Position numbers and translations under genes: made by a program. Of a stretch of DNA of 64,000 nucleotides, positions 1 to 7,578 are shown in pieces (position 1 is the stretch's first letter; each line of letters opens with the position of its first letter). The notes beneath the pieces are model-generated. The model ran no database searches and was not told where the DNA came from. It saw nothing but the letters and a program-made list of their open reading frames with translations. The stretch is taken from the NCBI GenBank assembly GCA_050246895.1, contig JBFWVE010000001.1, forward strand, positions 724,942-788,941. The letters are read 5' to 3'. The DNA comes from Vicinamibacteria bacterium (GTDB lineage: Bacteria > Acidobacteriota > Vicinamibacteria > Fen-336).

Positions 1-109
1 TCAGCGCCGAGCTCTTGGCCGTCGCCGCGCGGCTCACGACGGCGAGCACGTCGCGCATCGCCGCCGACTGCGCCACCAGGCCCGCGAAAGCCTCGACCGC
101 GACGCTCAT
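1..109 (-). CDS. 5' fragment of a gene running off the window; N-terminus resembles the entry into a sigma-54-interaction AAA+ domain (PspF-like, no receiver domain)
   Basis: ATG at 107-109 overlaps the rsfS stop (ATGA). Translation MSVAVEAFAGLVAQSAAMRDVLAVVSRAATAKSSAL fits the 'LvG.S.aM..v...v.r.A....tvL' start of bEBP AAA+ modules. Only 36 codons are visible. Confidence 0.3.
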   Translation of the reverse strand, partial: MSVAVEAFAGLVAQSAAMRDVLAVVSRAATAKSSAL

Positions 110-450
110 CCGGAGATCTCCACGCGCGTCGCCTCGCCCCACAGCCGGTCGAGCCCGTAATAGGCCCGCGAGCGCTGGGTGAAGAGGTGCACGACGAAGC
201 CGCCGTAGTCGAGCAGGATCCACTCCTGACGCGGGTAGCCCTCGAGGTGGTTCGGGCGGAAGCCCATGCCGCGCAGGCTCTCCTCGATCGCGTCGGTGAT
301 CGCCACCAGCTGCTTCTGGTTGCCGGCGGTCGCGAGCAGGAAGTGATCCGTGAAGGAGGACAGCGGGCGCAGGTCGAGCGCCACCACGTCCTCCGCCTTC
401 TTGCCGAGCGCGGCGCTGGCGGCAGCCTGGATCGTGGCCGGCAACTTCAC
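106..450 (-). CDS. rsfS: ribosome silencing factor RsfS (iojap family)
   Basis: 114-aa ORF containing ..DLRPLSSFTDHFLLATAGNQKQLVAITDAIEE..GYPRQEWILLDYGGFVVHLF.. The GTG start overlaps the nadD stop (GTGA). This is the classic nadD-rsfS pairing. Confidence 0.9.
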   Translation of the reverse strand: MKLPATIQAAASAALGKKAEDVVALDLRPLSSFTDHFLLATAGNQKQLVAITDAIEESLRGMGFRPNHLEGYPRQEWILLDYGGFVVHLFTQRSRAYYGLDRLWGEATRVEISG

Positions 451-1001
451 CGGTAGAGCCCCCGCTTCTGGATGTAGTCGGCGACCGCGTCCGGCACCAG
501 GCCGCGCAGGCTGCGCCCCTGCGCCGCGCGCCGCCGCAGGTCGCTCGCCGAGATCGGCAGCCCCGGCTCCTCGATCAGGCGTACGCCGAGCGCGCAGTCG
601 GGCCCGGCGGGCGCCGCCTCACCGGGGCGGCCGACGACCGCGAGGCCGATCTCCTCGAGCAGCGCCTTCGCCTCGCGCCAGGCCGCCATCTCGGGCCAGG
701 TGTCGCTGCCGACGATCAGGAAGGCGCGCGTCTCCGGGCCGCGCAGCGCTCGCACGGTGTCGACGGTGTAGCTCGGGCCCTCGCGCTCGAGCTCGAGGCT
801 CGACGCCACGATGGCCGGGTAGCCGGCCGCGGCCAGCGCCGCCATCGCGAAGCGGTCGAAGCGGGAGGCCTGCGGCGACGGCTTGTGGGGCGGCGCGCCG
901 GCCGGCATCAGCAGCACGCGATCGAGCTCGAGCGCCTCGCGCGCGGATTCCGCCGCGCGCAGGTGCCCGAGATGCACCGGGTCGAAGGTGCCGCCGAGCA
1001 T
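447..1001 (-). CDS. nadD: nicotinate-nucleotide adenylyltransferase NadD
   Basis: An internal ATG (999-1001) of listed ORF 447..1721 gives 184 aa starting MLGGTFDPVHLGHL (nucleotidyltransferase HxGH motif), with ..SYTVDTVRAL..FLIVGSDTW.. The upstream part of the listed ORF is Arg-rich out-of-frame read-through of obg. Confidence 0.88.
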   Translation of the reverse strand: MLGGTFDPVHLGHLRAAESAREALELDRVLLMPAGAPPHKPSPQASRFDRFAMAALAAAGYPAIVASSLELEREGPSYTVDTVRALRGPETRAFLIVGSDTWPEMAAWREAKALLEEIGLAVVGRPGEAAPAGPDCALGVRLIEEPGLPISASDLRRRAAQGRSLRGLVPDAVADYIQKRGLYR

Positions 1002-1009
1002 GCCCAGCC

Positions 1010-2026
1010 TCAAGCCGTGGCCTCCGCGGGCAGGCGCGCGCCGGCGAGCGTCGCCAGACGGCCCAGCAGGTCGCCGAGTCCCTCGCCGGTGACCGCCGAG
1101 ATCGGCACCACCGGCATGCCTAGCGCGCGCGCGGCGCGCCGCAGCTTCGGCAGCGGATCCGGAGGCGTGCGGGCGTCCCGCTTCGACGCCGCCACCAGCT
1201 GTGGCCGCTCGAGCAGCGCCGGGTTCCAGGCCTCGACCTCGCGGCGCACCGCTCGCAGGTCGGCGACGGGATCGTTGCCGCCCGAACCGGAGGCGTCGAT
1301 CACGTAGAGCAGCACCCGCGTCCGCTCGACGTGGCGCAGGAAGTCGAGCCCCAGGCCGGCGCCGGCGTGGGCGTCCTCGATGATGCCGGGAATGTCGGCG
1401 GCCACGAAGCTCTGCTCGCCGACCGAGACGACGCCGAGCACCGGCGACAGCGTGGTGAACGGGTAGTCGCCGACCTTGGGCCGCGCCGCCGAGACGCGCG
1501 AGAGCAGCGTCGATTTGCCGGCGTTGGGCTTGCCCAGCAGTCCGACGTCCGCCAGCAGCTTGAGGTCGAGTCGCAGCCAGTGCTCCTCGCCCGTGCCGCC
1601 GGGCTCCGACTCGCGCGGCGCGCGGTTGCTGTTCGACAGATAGGAGAAGTTCCCGCGCCCGCCGCGCCCGCCGCGGGCGACCACCAGGCGAGCGCCGTCC
1701 GCAAGCACCTCGCCCAGGCACTCGCCGCTCGCCTCGTCGACCACGACCGTGCCAGGCGGCACCGCGATCTCCAGCTGCGGGCCCTCGCGGCCGGTGCGGT
1801 TGCCGGGGCCGCCGTGGCGCCCGCGCTCGGCGCGGAACTCGGTGTGGAAGCGCAGGGGCAGCAGGGTGTTCTGATGGACCACACCGACGAGCACGACGTC
1901 GCCGCCACGCCCACCCTGGCCGCCGTCCGGGCCCCCGCGCGGCACGCGCGACTCGCGCCGGAAGCTGACGCAGCCGCGGCCGCCGTCCCCTGCCTTGACG
2001 AAGATCTTGACGCGATCGACGAACAT
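1010..2026 (-). CDS. obg: GTPase Obg/CgtA
   Basis: ATG at 2024-2026 gives 338 aa starting MFVDRVKIFVKAGDGGRGCVSFRRE (Obg fold). P-loop GKPNAGKST and DIPGIIEDAH are present. It lies next to rpmA-rplU as in most bacteria. Confidence 0.93.
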   Translation of the reverse strand: MFVDRVKIFVKAGDGGRGCVSFRRESRVPRGGPDGGQGGRGGDVVLVGVVHQNTLLPLRFHTEFRAERGRHGGPGNRTGREGPQLEIAVPPGTVVVDEASGECLGEVLADGARLVVARGGRGGRGNFSYLSNSNRAPRESEPGGTGEEHWLRLDLKLLADVGLLGKPNAGKSTLLSRVSAARPKVGDYPFTTLSPVLGVVSVGEQSFVAADIPGIIEDAHAGAGLGLDFLRHVERTRVLLYVIDASGSGGNDPVADLRAVRREVEAWNPALLERPQLVAASKRDARTPPDPLPKLRRAARALGMPVVPISAVTGEGLGDLLGRLATLAGARLPAEATA

Positions 2027-2060
2027 CACCGCCTCCGCGGGCGGCGCGGCCCGAGCGCCG

Positions 2061-2315
2061 CTAGGCGGGGAGGACGCTGACGCGCTGCCCGCTCGAGCCG
2101 TGGTCCTCGAAGCGGACGACGCCGTCCACCAGCGCGTAGAGCGAGTGGTCGCGGGCGAGGCCGACATTCTTGCCCGGCTTCCAGCGCGTGCCGTGCTGGC
2201 GCAGGATGATCGAGCCGCCCCTCACCTGCTCGCCACCGAACGCCTTGACGCCCAGCCGCTGGGAGTTGCTGTCGCGGCCGTTCCTGCTCGAGCCCTGCCC
2301 CTTCTTGTGTGCCAT
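2061..2315 (-). CDS. rpmA: 50S ribosomal protein L27
   Basis: 84 aa: [50 protein letters not shown]. Confidence 0.97.
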   Translation of the reverse strand: MAHKKGQGSSRNGRDSNSQRLGVKAFGGEQVRGGSIILRQHGTRWKPGKNVGLARDHSLYALVDGVVRFEDHGSSGQRVSVLPA

Positions 2316-2394
2316 GGTCGTTCACACCCTCAAAACGACGGGAGCGGCCCTCTCGGGCCGCCCGAAATCACGCCGAGGTCCCCGCTGCACCCGC

Positions 2395-2706
2395 TCAGGA
2401 CGCTTGGACCGCCTCGATCCGGAGCGCCGTGTAGGACTGCCGGTGCCCCCGCGTCCGGCGGTAGTGCTTGCGCTTCTTGTACTTGAAGACCCGGATCTTG
2501 GCGTCCCGATCCTGTTCGACCACGGTTCCGACGACGGTCGCGCCCGCCACGCGGGGGCTGCCGACCTTGACCGAGTCGCCGCCGACGAGAAGGACGTCGT
2601 CGAGCGTGATCTTCTCTCCGACCGGGGCCTCCAGCCGCTCCACGTAGATCGTGTCGCCGACGTTCACCCGGTACTGCTTTCCGCCCGTCCTGACGATCGC
2701 GTACAC
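2395..2706 (-). CDS. rplU: 50S ribosomal protein L21
   Basis: 103 aa: MYAIVRTGGKQYRVNVGDTIYVERL...IRVFKYKKRKHYRRTRGHRQ. GTG start with a GGGAGG Shine-Dalgarno sequence about 8 nt upstream. Confidence 0.97.
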   Translation of the reverse strand: MYAIVRTGGKQYRVNVGDTIYVERLEAPVGEKITLDDVLLVGGDSVKVGSPRVAGATVVGTVVEQDRDAKIRVFKYKKRKHYRRTRGHRQSYTALRIEAVQAS

Positions 2707-2868
2707 CTTCGAACCTCCCGGGAATGGGCCGGTTGAAAACCCTAGACGCTACCACGCTTCGAGCCGGTGGGTCAAATCGTAGCGCCCAGAGGGAGCCCGG
2801 GCTGCCGCCCCCCTGGCCAAGGCAAGGCGCCGGGGTTCACGCCTGCGTCATCGACCCCCCACCCCTAT

Positions 2869-2893
2869 CCCCTCCCCACATACGGGGGAGGGG
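2869..2893. repeat. REP-like hairpin (CCCCTCCCC / GGGGAGGGG, 9-bp stem, 7-nt loop)
   Basis: Read directly: cccctcccc-acatacg-ggggagggg. It is intergenic. Confidence 0.6.
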
Positions 2894-3003
2894 GAATCAC
2901 TCGCGGGTCGCGCCGCGCCCGGACGGGGCGTCGCGACCCGCTGCGTCTGCGAGCGGCGATCCGGTTCGGGCGATGCAGCCACCGCCGGCTGGTTGGCGCC
3001 GCG

Positions 3004-3244
3004 GCAACGGGCTGCGAACGCAGCCCAATTCACTTGGGCGAAGCGAGCGGGGAACCGGGGGTGCGGTGTGGCGAACCCGAGCTACGGACTCGGAGCGGAG
3101 CGCGATTCACTCGCGCGGAGCGTAGGGGGGTCTGGGGGGCGCGACGCTGCACCCCGCAACAGGCCACGGGCTGCGAGCGCAGCCCAATTCACTTCGGCGG
3201 AGCGAGCGGGGGGTCTGGGGGGCGCGACGCAGCGCCCCCCAGAC
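3004..3244 (+). repeat. three tandem degenerate ~80-bp repeat units (core ~48 nt) ending in a 13-bp G/C hairpin
   Basis: Core copies lie at 3004-3052 and 3166-3213, with a degenerate copy around 3085-3127. The word ATTCAC recurs at 3028, 3105 and 3187 (spacing 77 and 82 nt). A third good copy is inverted at 58331-58380. Confidence 0.75.
3213..3244 (-). terminator. strong stem-loop 5 nt downstream of the Omp85-fusion gene stop (possible terminator or mRNA-stabilising REP hairpin)
   Basis: gtctggggggcgc-gacgca-gcgccccccagac forms a perfect 13-bp stem. There is no U-tract on the minus-strand transcript, so intrinsic termination is unproven. Confidence 0.3.
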
Positions 3245-3249
3245 TCAAC

Positions 3250-6216
3250 CTAAAAGTCGTACCCGATCCAGAAGTTGAACTGCCAGCTGTCCGAGGTCAC
3301 CGCGAGGTCCGTGAACTTCGTCCAGTCGAAGTGGAGCGGGTAGCCCAGGAAGAAGAACTGCAGCCCGAAGCCGAACGACGCGCGGCCATCCACCAGGTGG
3401 CGGCCGCTGACGGACTCGCCGAAGACGGGGTCGTTCACGTAGGAGACGTCGGGATCGCTCGACCAGAAGGTGAACGGCTGACCGTCGAAGCGGGCGGCAC
3501 CCATGCCGGCGAACACGGTGCCGCGCACCGGCCCCAGCAGGCCGATCGGCGTCGCCATCACGTTGATCAGCGGGATGCGCAGCTCGGCGTTGGCGAAGAA
3601 GCCCTGGTTGCCCGCGAACGAGCGGTACTGGAACCCGCGCAGCTCCATGTCGCCGCCGAAGTAGAAGATCTGCGGCGCGTCGCCGCTCGAGTAGAAGCCG
3701 CGCCCGCGCACCGCGAGCAGCGTGCTGGAGCTGCCGAGTCGCAGGTATTTGCGCAGGTCCGCCTGGAACGTGTAGCGCGATTTCAGGCCCGTGATCCCGG
3801 GCGCCGCCTCGCCGCTCAACAGCACGGTGCTGCCGGCGAGCGGGCCGAACTCGCGGAAGCGCGTCGTCTCCTGCACGAAGGTCACCGACAGCGGCGCGAA
3901 GGTCCCGTTGTAGAGGAAGCCCTGCTGCCCCAGGGCCGCGAGCTCCTGCTCGATCTGCTGCTGGACCAGAGGATCGTCGTACTGCTCGGTCGAGCGGTAG
4001 ACGCTCGCGCCGAACTGCAGCCGACGGAACTTGTCGAGCGGGTACTGGGCGAAGCCCGTGGCGCCGGTGATCTGGGTGGTGGCCAGCACGCCCTCGCGCG
4101 AGTAGCTGAACTGCGGCACCAGGTAGGGGTTGAAGTAGTACTGCTTGCTGTCGTAGGCGGAGACGCCCCAGTGCATGCGGCGGCTGAGGTTGACGTAGGT
4201 GCCCTCGTAGGTCCTGAACTCCCGCTGCGAGTAGGCGGTCAGCAGGAAGTTCTGGTCGCCGAGCACGTCCGACAGCGCCACCTGCGTGCCGCCGAAGAAG
4301 TCGCCCGAAGAGGTGACGCCGAGGTTCAGCGGCGGCCGGCCCTCCAGGTACAGCTTCTCGAACAGCTTCTTGCCGCGCTTGTTCTCGGTGACGATCTGGT
4401 GCTGGACGTCCGGCTGGAAGTCGATGATGTCGTCGCTCGCCGCGCGCACGTCCTGGTCGACCTCCTTCAGCGGCTCCAGGGTGTCGATCGCGTGCAGCAG
4501 GTACTCGCCCTTGAAGTAGGTCACGAAGGCGATCCGCTCCGAGGCGCCCTGCGCGGGGATGACCGCCGGCATCAGGATGCCGCCGAGCGCGTCGGTGTGC
4601 TGCTTGATGGCGCCCGTCTCGAGGTCGATGCTGCGCAGGTTGTAGATCTCGTCGTCCTCGTTCGACACGTAGTAGAGCGTCTCGCCCGAGGGCGCGAAGG
4701 CCGGCGTCACGTCGTCGTAGATGCCGAAGGTCACCTGCGTGCGGCGCGCCGGGTCGGCCAGCGGGAACATGTAGATCTTCTCGTGGCCGCTGATCCGGCG
4801 GCTGTAGGCGACCAGGCTGCCGTCGGGTGAGACCTGCGGATCCGAGTCGTAGAAAGCGTCGTCGGTCAGGTTCTTGGTCTCGCCGCTCTCGAGGTCGAGC
4901 AGGTAGATGTCGGACACGCCGTCCTTCAGCGCGCTGAAGAGCGCCTGCCGGCCGTTGGGCAGCAGGCTGGGCGCGCTCGCCTCGTCGAGCTGCAGCTCCA
5001 CCTTGCGCACGATGTCGCCGGTCAGCACCGAGACCTGGATCAGGCTGCGACGCTTGCCGGTGCGCGCGAAGAACGCGACGCTGTCGCCGGCCGGCGAGAA
5101 GCCGATCGAGCGGCCGAAGACACGGGCGTTCAAGTTGAGCGAGATGAACTCGTAGCCGCCGGAGTAGCCCTTGGTCAGGTTCTTGATGACGCTGCCGTCC
5201 TTGGCCGAGACCAGCACCACGTCGGCCTTGCCGTCGGCGCGGTTGCCCGTCACCACCGCCAGCATCTCGCCCGAGGGGCTCGCCGCCAGCGCAAAGGCCT
5301 GGGTGAACGGCGTGTCTTCCGGGTTCGGCGTCAGGTCGGCGCCGTAGTCGGAGGGCCGCTGCTTGTCGCGGAAGGGCTTGAAGCGCTCCTTCAGCCACTT
5401 CTCGAAGGCCTGGTCGAACTCCTCCGGCTTCATGCGGAAGGCCTGCTGGTAGATGTCCGCCACCTGGCTGCCGATGATGTTCTTGCGCAGCGTGTAGAGG
5501 AACTGGCGGATGCCTTCCTTGCCGAAGCGCGCCTCGATGAACTCCATGGTGGCGTGGCCGAGGTTGTAGTCGAGGCGGCCGCCCGCCTCGGAAAGCCGCG
5601 ACATCCTGGGGATCTGGTCGGTGACGGCTGCGTCGCGCACACCCATCAGGTCGAGCGTGTCCCACAGCCCGCGCTCGTAGTCGGCCAGGCCCTCGTCCAC
5701 CCACAGCGGCACCGTGCGCGCGATCAGGCTGCGCGGGATCAGGTCGAACTCGAAGACGTGCGCGAGCTCGTGGGTGATCAGGCCCTGCAGCCGGTCGGGC
5801 GGCTCGTCGATCGGGATCACCATGCGGTCGCGCACGGGCTCGGTGAAGGCGAGCACGCCCTCGGGCACGAAGTCCGGGTAGAGGTTCGTCTGCTGGAACT
5901 CGGAGCTGGTCTTGTAGAAGACCACCGGGATCGAGAAGCTGATCTCGTGCTTCAGGTCGGAGGAGATCTTCTGGTAGCCGCTCTCCAGGTAGGACACCAG
6001 CCGGCCGAGGTGCTGCTCGAACTCAGGGTAGTAGTAGACCTCGAAGTGCGGGCTCTTGTAGACGCGCCAGGCGAAGTTGTCGTACATCACCTTGTTCTTC
6101 CCGTAGTAGGGGATGAACTGCGCCTGGGCGGGCGACGGCGCCAGCAGCGCCAGCGAGACGATCAAGGCGGCGGCCGCTGCGACGGCGCGGCCCGCCGGCT
6201 TCGGTGCCTGGTGCAT
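3250..6216 (-). CDS. outer-membrane Omp85/D15-family beta-barrel fused to an N-terminal MA-clan peptidase-like module and a TolB/PD40-like beta-propeller (no POTRA domains recognisable)
   Basis: 988 aa with a signal peptide (..LLAPSPAQAQ) and HExxH in ITHELAHVFEF. PD40-type repeats are present (VSPDGSLVAYS, FAPSGETLYYVS, FSPAGDSVAFF). The C-terminal barrel has GGDMELRGFQYRSFAGNQGFFANAELRIPL and a terminal ..WIGYDF. Confidence 0.75.
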   Translation of the reverse strand: MHQAPKPAGRAVAAAAALIVSLALLAPSPAQAQFIPYYGKNKVMYDNFAWRVYKSPHFEVYYYPEFEQHLGRLVSYLESGYQKISSDLKHEISFSIPVVFYKTSSEFQQTNLYPDFVPEGVLAFTEPVRDRMVIPIDEPPDRLQGLITHELAHVFEFDLIPRSLIARTVPLWVDEGLADYERGLWDTLDLMGVRDAAVTDQIPRMSRLSEAGGRLDYNLGHATMEFIEARFGKEGIRQFLYTLRKNIIGSQVADIYQQAFRMKPEEFDQAFEKWLKERFKPFRDKQRPSDYGADLTPNPEDTPFTQAFALAASPSGEMLAVVTGNRADGKADVVLVSAKDGSVIKNLTKGYSGGYEFISLNLNARVFGRSIGFSPAGDSVAFFARTGKRRSLIQVSVLTGDIVRKVELQLDEASAPSLLPNGRQALFSALKDGVSDIYLLDLESGETKNLTDDAFYDSDPQVSPDGSLVAYSRRISGHEKIYMFPLADPARRTQVTFGIYDDVTPAFAPSGETLYYVSNEDDEIYNLRSIDLETGAIKQHTDALGGILMPAVIPAQGASERIAFVTYFKGEYLLHAIDTLEPLKEVDQDVRAASDDIIDFQPDVQHQIVTENKRGKKLFEKLYLEGRPPLNLGVTSSGDFFGGTQVALSDVLGDQNFLLTAYSQREFRTYEGTYVNLSRRMHWGVSAYDSKQYYFNPYLVPQFSYSREGVLATTQITGATGFAQYPLDKFRRLQFGASVYRSTEQYDDPLVQQQIEQELAALGQQGFLYNGTFAPLSVTFVQETTRFREFGPLAGSTVLLSGEAAPGITGLKSRYTFQADLRKYLRLGSSSTLLAVRGRGFYSSGDAPQIFYFGGDMELRGFQYRSFAGNQGFFANAELRIPLINVMATPIGLLGPVRGTVFAGMGAARFDGQPFTFWSSDPDVSYVNDPVFGESVSGRHLVDGRASFGFGLQFFFLGYPLHFDWTKFTDLAVTSDSWQFNFWIGYDF

Positions 6217-6224
6217 GGGGGTTC

Positions 6225-6989
6225 CTATCGCAGGAGGATGCGGGTGCCCCGGATCTTCTGCGGGGCGATCACCCCGAGGAAGTTCGGCAGCAGCCGGTCC
6301 ATCAGCTCGAAGTAGGAAGAGAGCGCCGAGACCTTCTGCTCCTCGCCGTAGAGCACCTCCTCGGTGAATTTCTCCTTGTGCAGCGTGCGGCCCGTGCGGC
6401 CGTCCACGAAGTGGAAGTCCGCGTTCAGGCTGAAGCCCTTGCGCTCGAGGTAGCGGCTGCCGCGGACGAGGCGCGGGTTGCCGCGCGAGTCGCGCACCAC
6501 CGTCTCCTCGGCCTGGAAGCCCGAGCGGTTCTGCGAGCCGAAGTCCACCTTGCCCGTGACGATCAGCGGCGTCTGGAACTCTTCCCCCACCCGGCGCCAG
6601 AACTCGGCGTCCTCCAGCAGTCGGTCGGCCTCGAGCTTCAGCTGGTCGCGCTCGGGCTTGCTGAGGCGGTCGCCCTCCACGATGCGCGAGCGAGCCTGGT
6701 CGAGGGCCAGCTGCAGCGGCGGCCGGTCCGGCTCGAGCACCTGCATCTTGGAGGCCGAACGCAGCTGGTTCTGCAGCAGGCGCACCGTCTCGGACGAGAG
6801 GTCGATCTCGGCCTCGCCCGGCTCGGACACGAAGCCCGCCACCAGCACGCGCCGGAAGCTGGACACGTCGAGCTTCGACTGGAGCGGCGTCTCGACCGGG
6901 ACCTCGACGAAGGAGGCGCAGCCGACGCCCGCGAGGCCCAGCAGCAGGACGCTAAGGCTTCTTGCGCGACTTGCGATTGCGCTTCTCAT
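6225..6989 (-). CDS. hypothetical lipoprotein
   Basis: 254 aa with a lipobox LLGLAGVGC. There is no recognisable catalytic motif. It lies immediately upstream of the Omp85-fusion gene (8-nt gap). Confidence 0.65.
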   Translation of the reverse strand: MRSAIASRARSLSVLLLGLAGVGCASFVEVPVETPLQSKLDVSSFRRVLVAGFVSEPGEAEIDLSSETVRLLQNQLRSASKMQVLEPDRPPLQLALDQARSRIVEGDRLSKPERDQLKLEADRLLEDAEFWRRVGEEFQTPLIVTGKVDFGSQNRSGFQAEETVVRDSRGNPRLVRGSRYLERKGFSLNADFHFVDGRTGRTLHKEKFTEEVLYGEEQKVSALSSYFELMDRLLPNFLGVIAPQKIRGTRILLR

Positions 6990-7281
6990 CGGCTTCCCGG
7001 AAGAGGTCGTAGTTCTGCTGGATGTAGAGGTTGCCCGGCTTCAGCTGGATCGCCTTGTCGTAGGCCTCGCGGGCCTTCTCGAAATCGCCCTGCTGCTCGA
7101 GGGCGATCGCCAGGTTGTTCAGGGCCGAGGCGTTGTCGGGCTCGAGCAGCACCGCCCGCTCGAAGCGGAAGCGCGCTTCCAGCCACAGGCCCTTGCGCGC
7201 CACCTCGACGCCGAACCTGAGCTCGTCCTGCGCGGACGCGCCACCAGCCGCGAGAAGGACTGCGAGCAACGTGAAAGCCAC
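6952..7281 (-). CDS. small secreted TPR-repeat protein
   Basis: This is the C-terminal part of listed ORF 6952..8664. GTG at 7279-7281 is preceded by AGGAG. 109 aa: VAFTLLAVLLAAGGASAQ (signal peptide) then ..LEPDNASALNNLAIALEQQGDFEKAREAYDKAIQLKPGN (TPR). The rest of the listed ORF is antisense to dprA. Confidence 0.6.
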   Translation of the reverse strand: MAFTLLAVLLAAGGASAQDELRFGVEVARKGLWLEARFRFERAVLLEPDNASALNNLAIALEQQGDFEKAREAYDKAIQLKPGNLYIQQNYDLFREADEKRNRKSRKKP

Positions 7282-7520
7282 GGTTCTCCTGCTTTCCCCA
7301 GAGTTGTCGATCTTATGCCGCAAGCACCGAAAAGCAAGGCAGGTGCCACCCGCGCGCGAATCCACCCATTGTGGCCCTGCCGCAGTCCGCGCACGCCCTG
7401 GATGGCCCCCGCCCCGGAGCTGCCAGGTCCCGCCAGGCTCCGTTTCGTTGCCTCCCAAGGACACCGCTGGCCACGGCGAGGGACACCGGGTCGTGCGCGA
7501 GCAGCGGCCGCGACCGGACC

Positions 7521-7548
7521 TTGACAGGCAGGGGGTCGTCCCTACAAT
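7521..7548 (+). promoter_or_regulatory. near-consensus sigma-70 promoter for dprA-topA
   Basis: TTGACA (7521-7526), 16-nt spacer, TACAAT (7543-7548). It is followed by a CCCC-TTCG-GGGG mini-hairpin and GGAGGAGG before the GTG at 7579. Confidence 0.5.
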
Positions 7549-7578
7549 GACCGCCCCTTCGGGGGAGGAGGTCGTGGC

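Noticed and set aside
447-1721. Long N-terminal extensions of listed ORFs, for example 447..1721, 1010..2167, 10762..12489, 11775..13367, 14282..15889, 18795..20348, 22383..24314, 23822..24811, 26377..31359 and most minus-strand ORFs of the glycan cluster.
   Set aside because: The extensions overlap the upstream gene in another frame and are Arg-rich junk. Family-typical N-termini begin at internal ATG/GTG/TTG codons, usually exactly at a 1-4 nt overlap with the upstream stop. I used those starts.
2316-2394. Hairpin gcggccc-tctc-gggccgc in the rplU-rpmA spacer as an attenuator.
   Set aside because: It has a short 7-bp stem and no U-tract. Such GC hairpins are expected by chance at this composition, and there is no supporting evidence.
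3004-3244. Possible CRISPR array, because of the ~80-bp periodicity.
   Set aside because: There are only three units, they are degenerate, and they are contiguous with no unique spacers of regular length. The repeat also occurs singly at 58.3 kb, and there are no cas genes in the window.
2724-3253. ORFs 2724..3125 (+), 2993..3253 (+) and 2848..3033 (-) in the rplU / Omp85 gap.
   Set aside because: Their sequences are just translations of the tandem REP-like units (for example CERSPIHLGEASG.. / CERSPIHFGGASG..). They have no start context and no family resemblance. I treated the region as non-coding repeats.
7290-7520. A 230-bp non-coding stretch between the TPR operon and dprA as a possible small RNA or riboswitch.
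   Set aside because: I could not recognise any known RNA family signature or a convincing conserved structure. It is adequately explained as a divergent promoter region. Only the two promoter candidates are noted.
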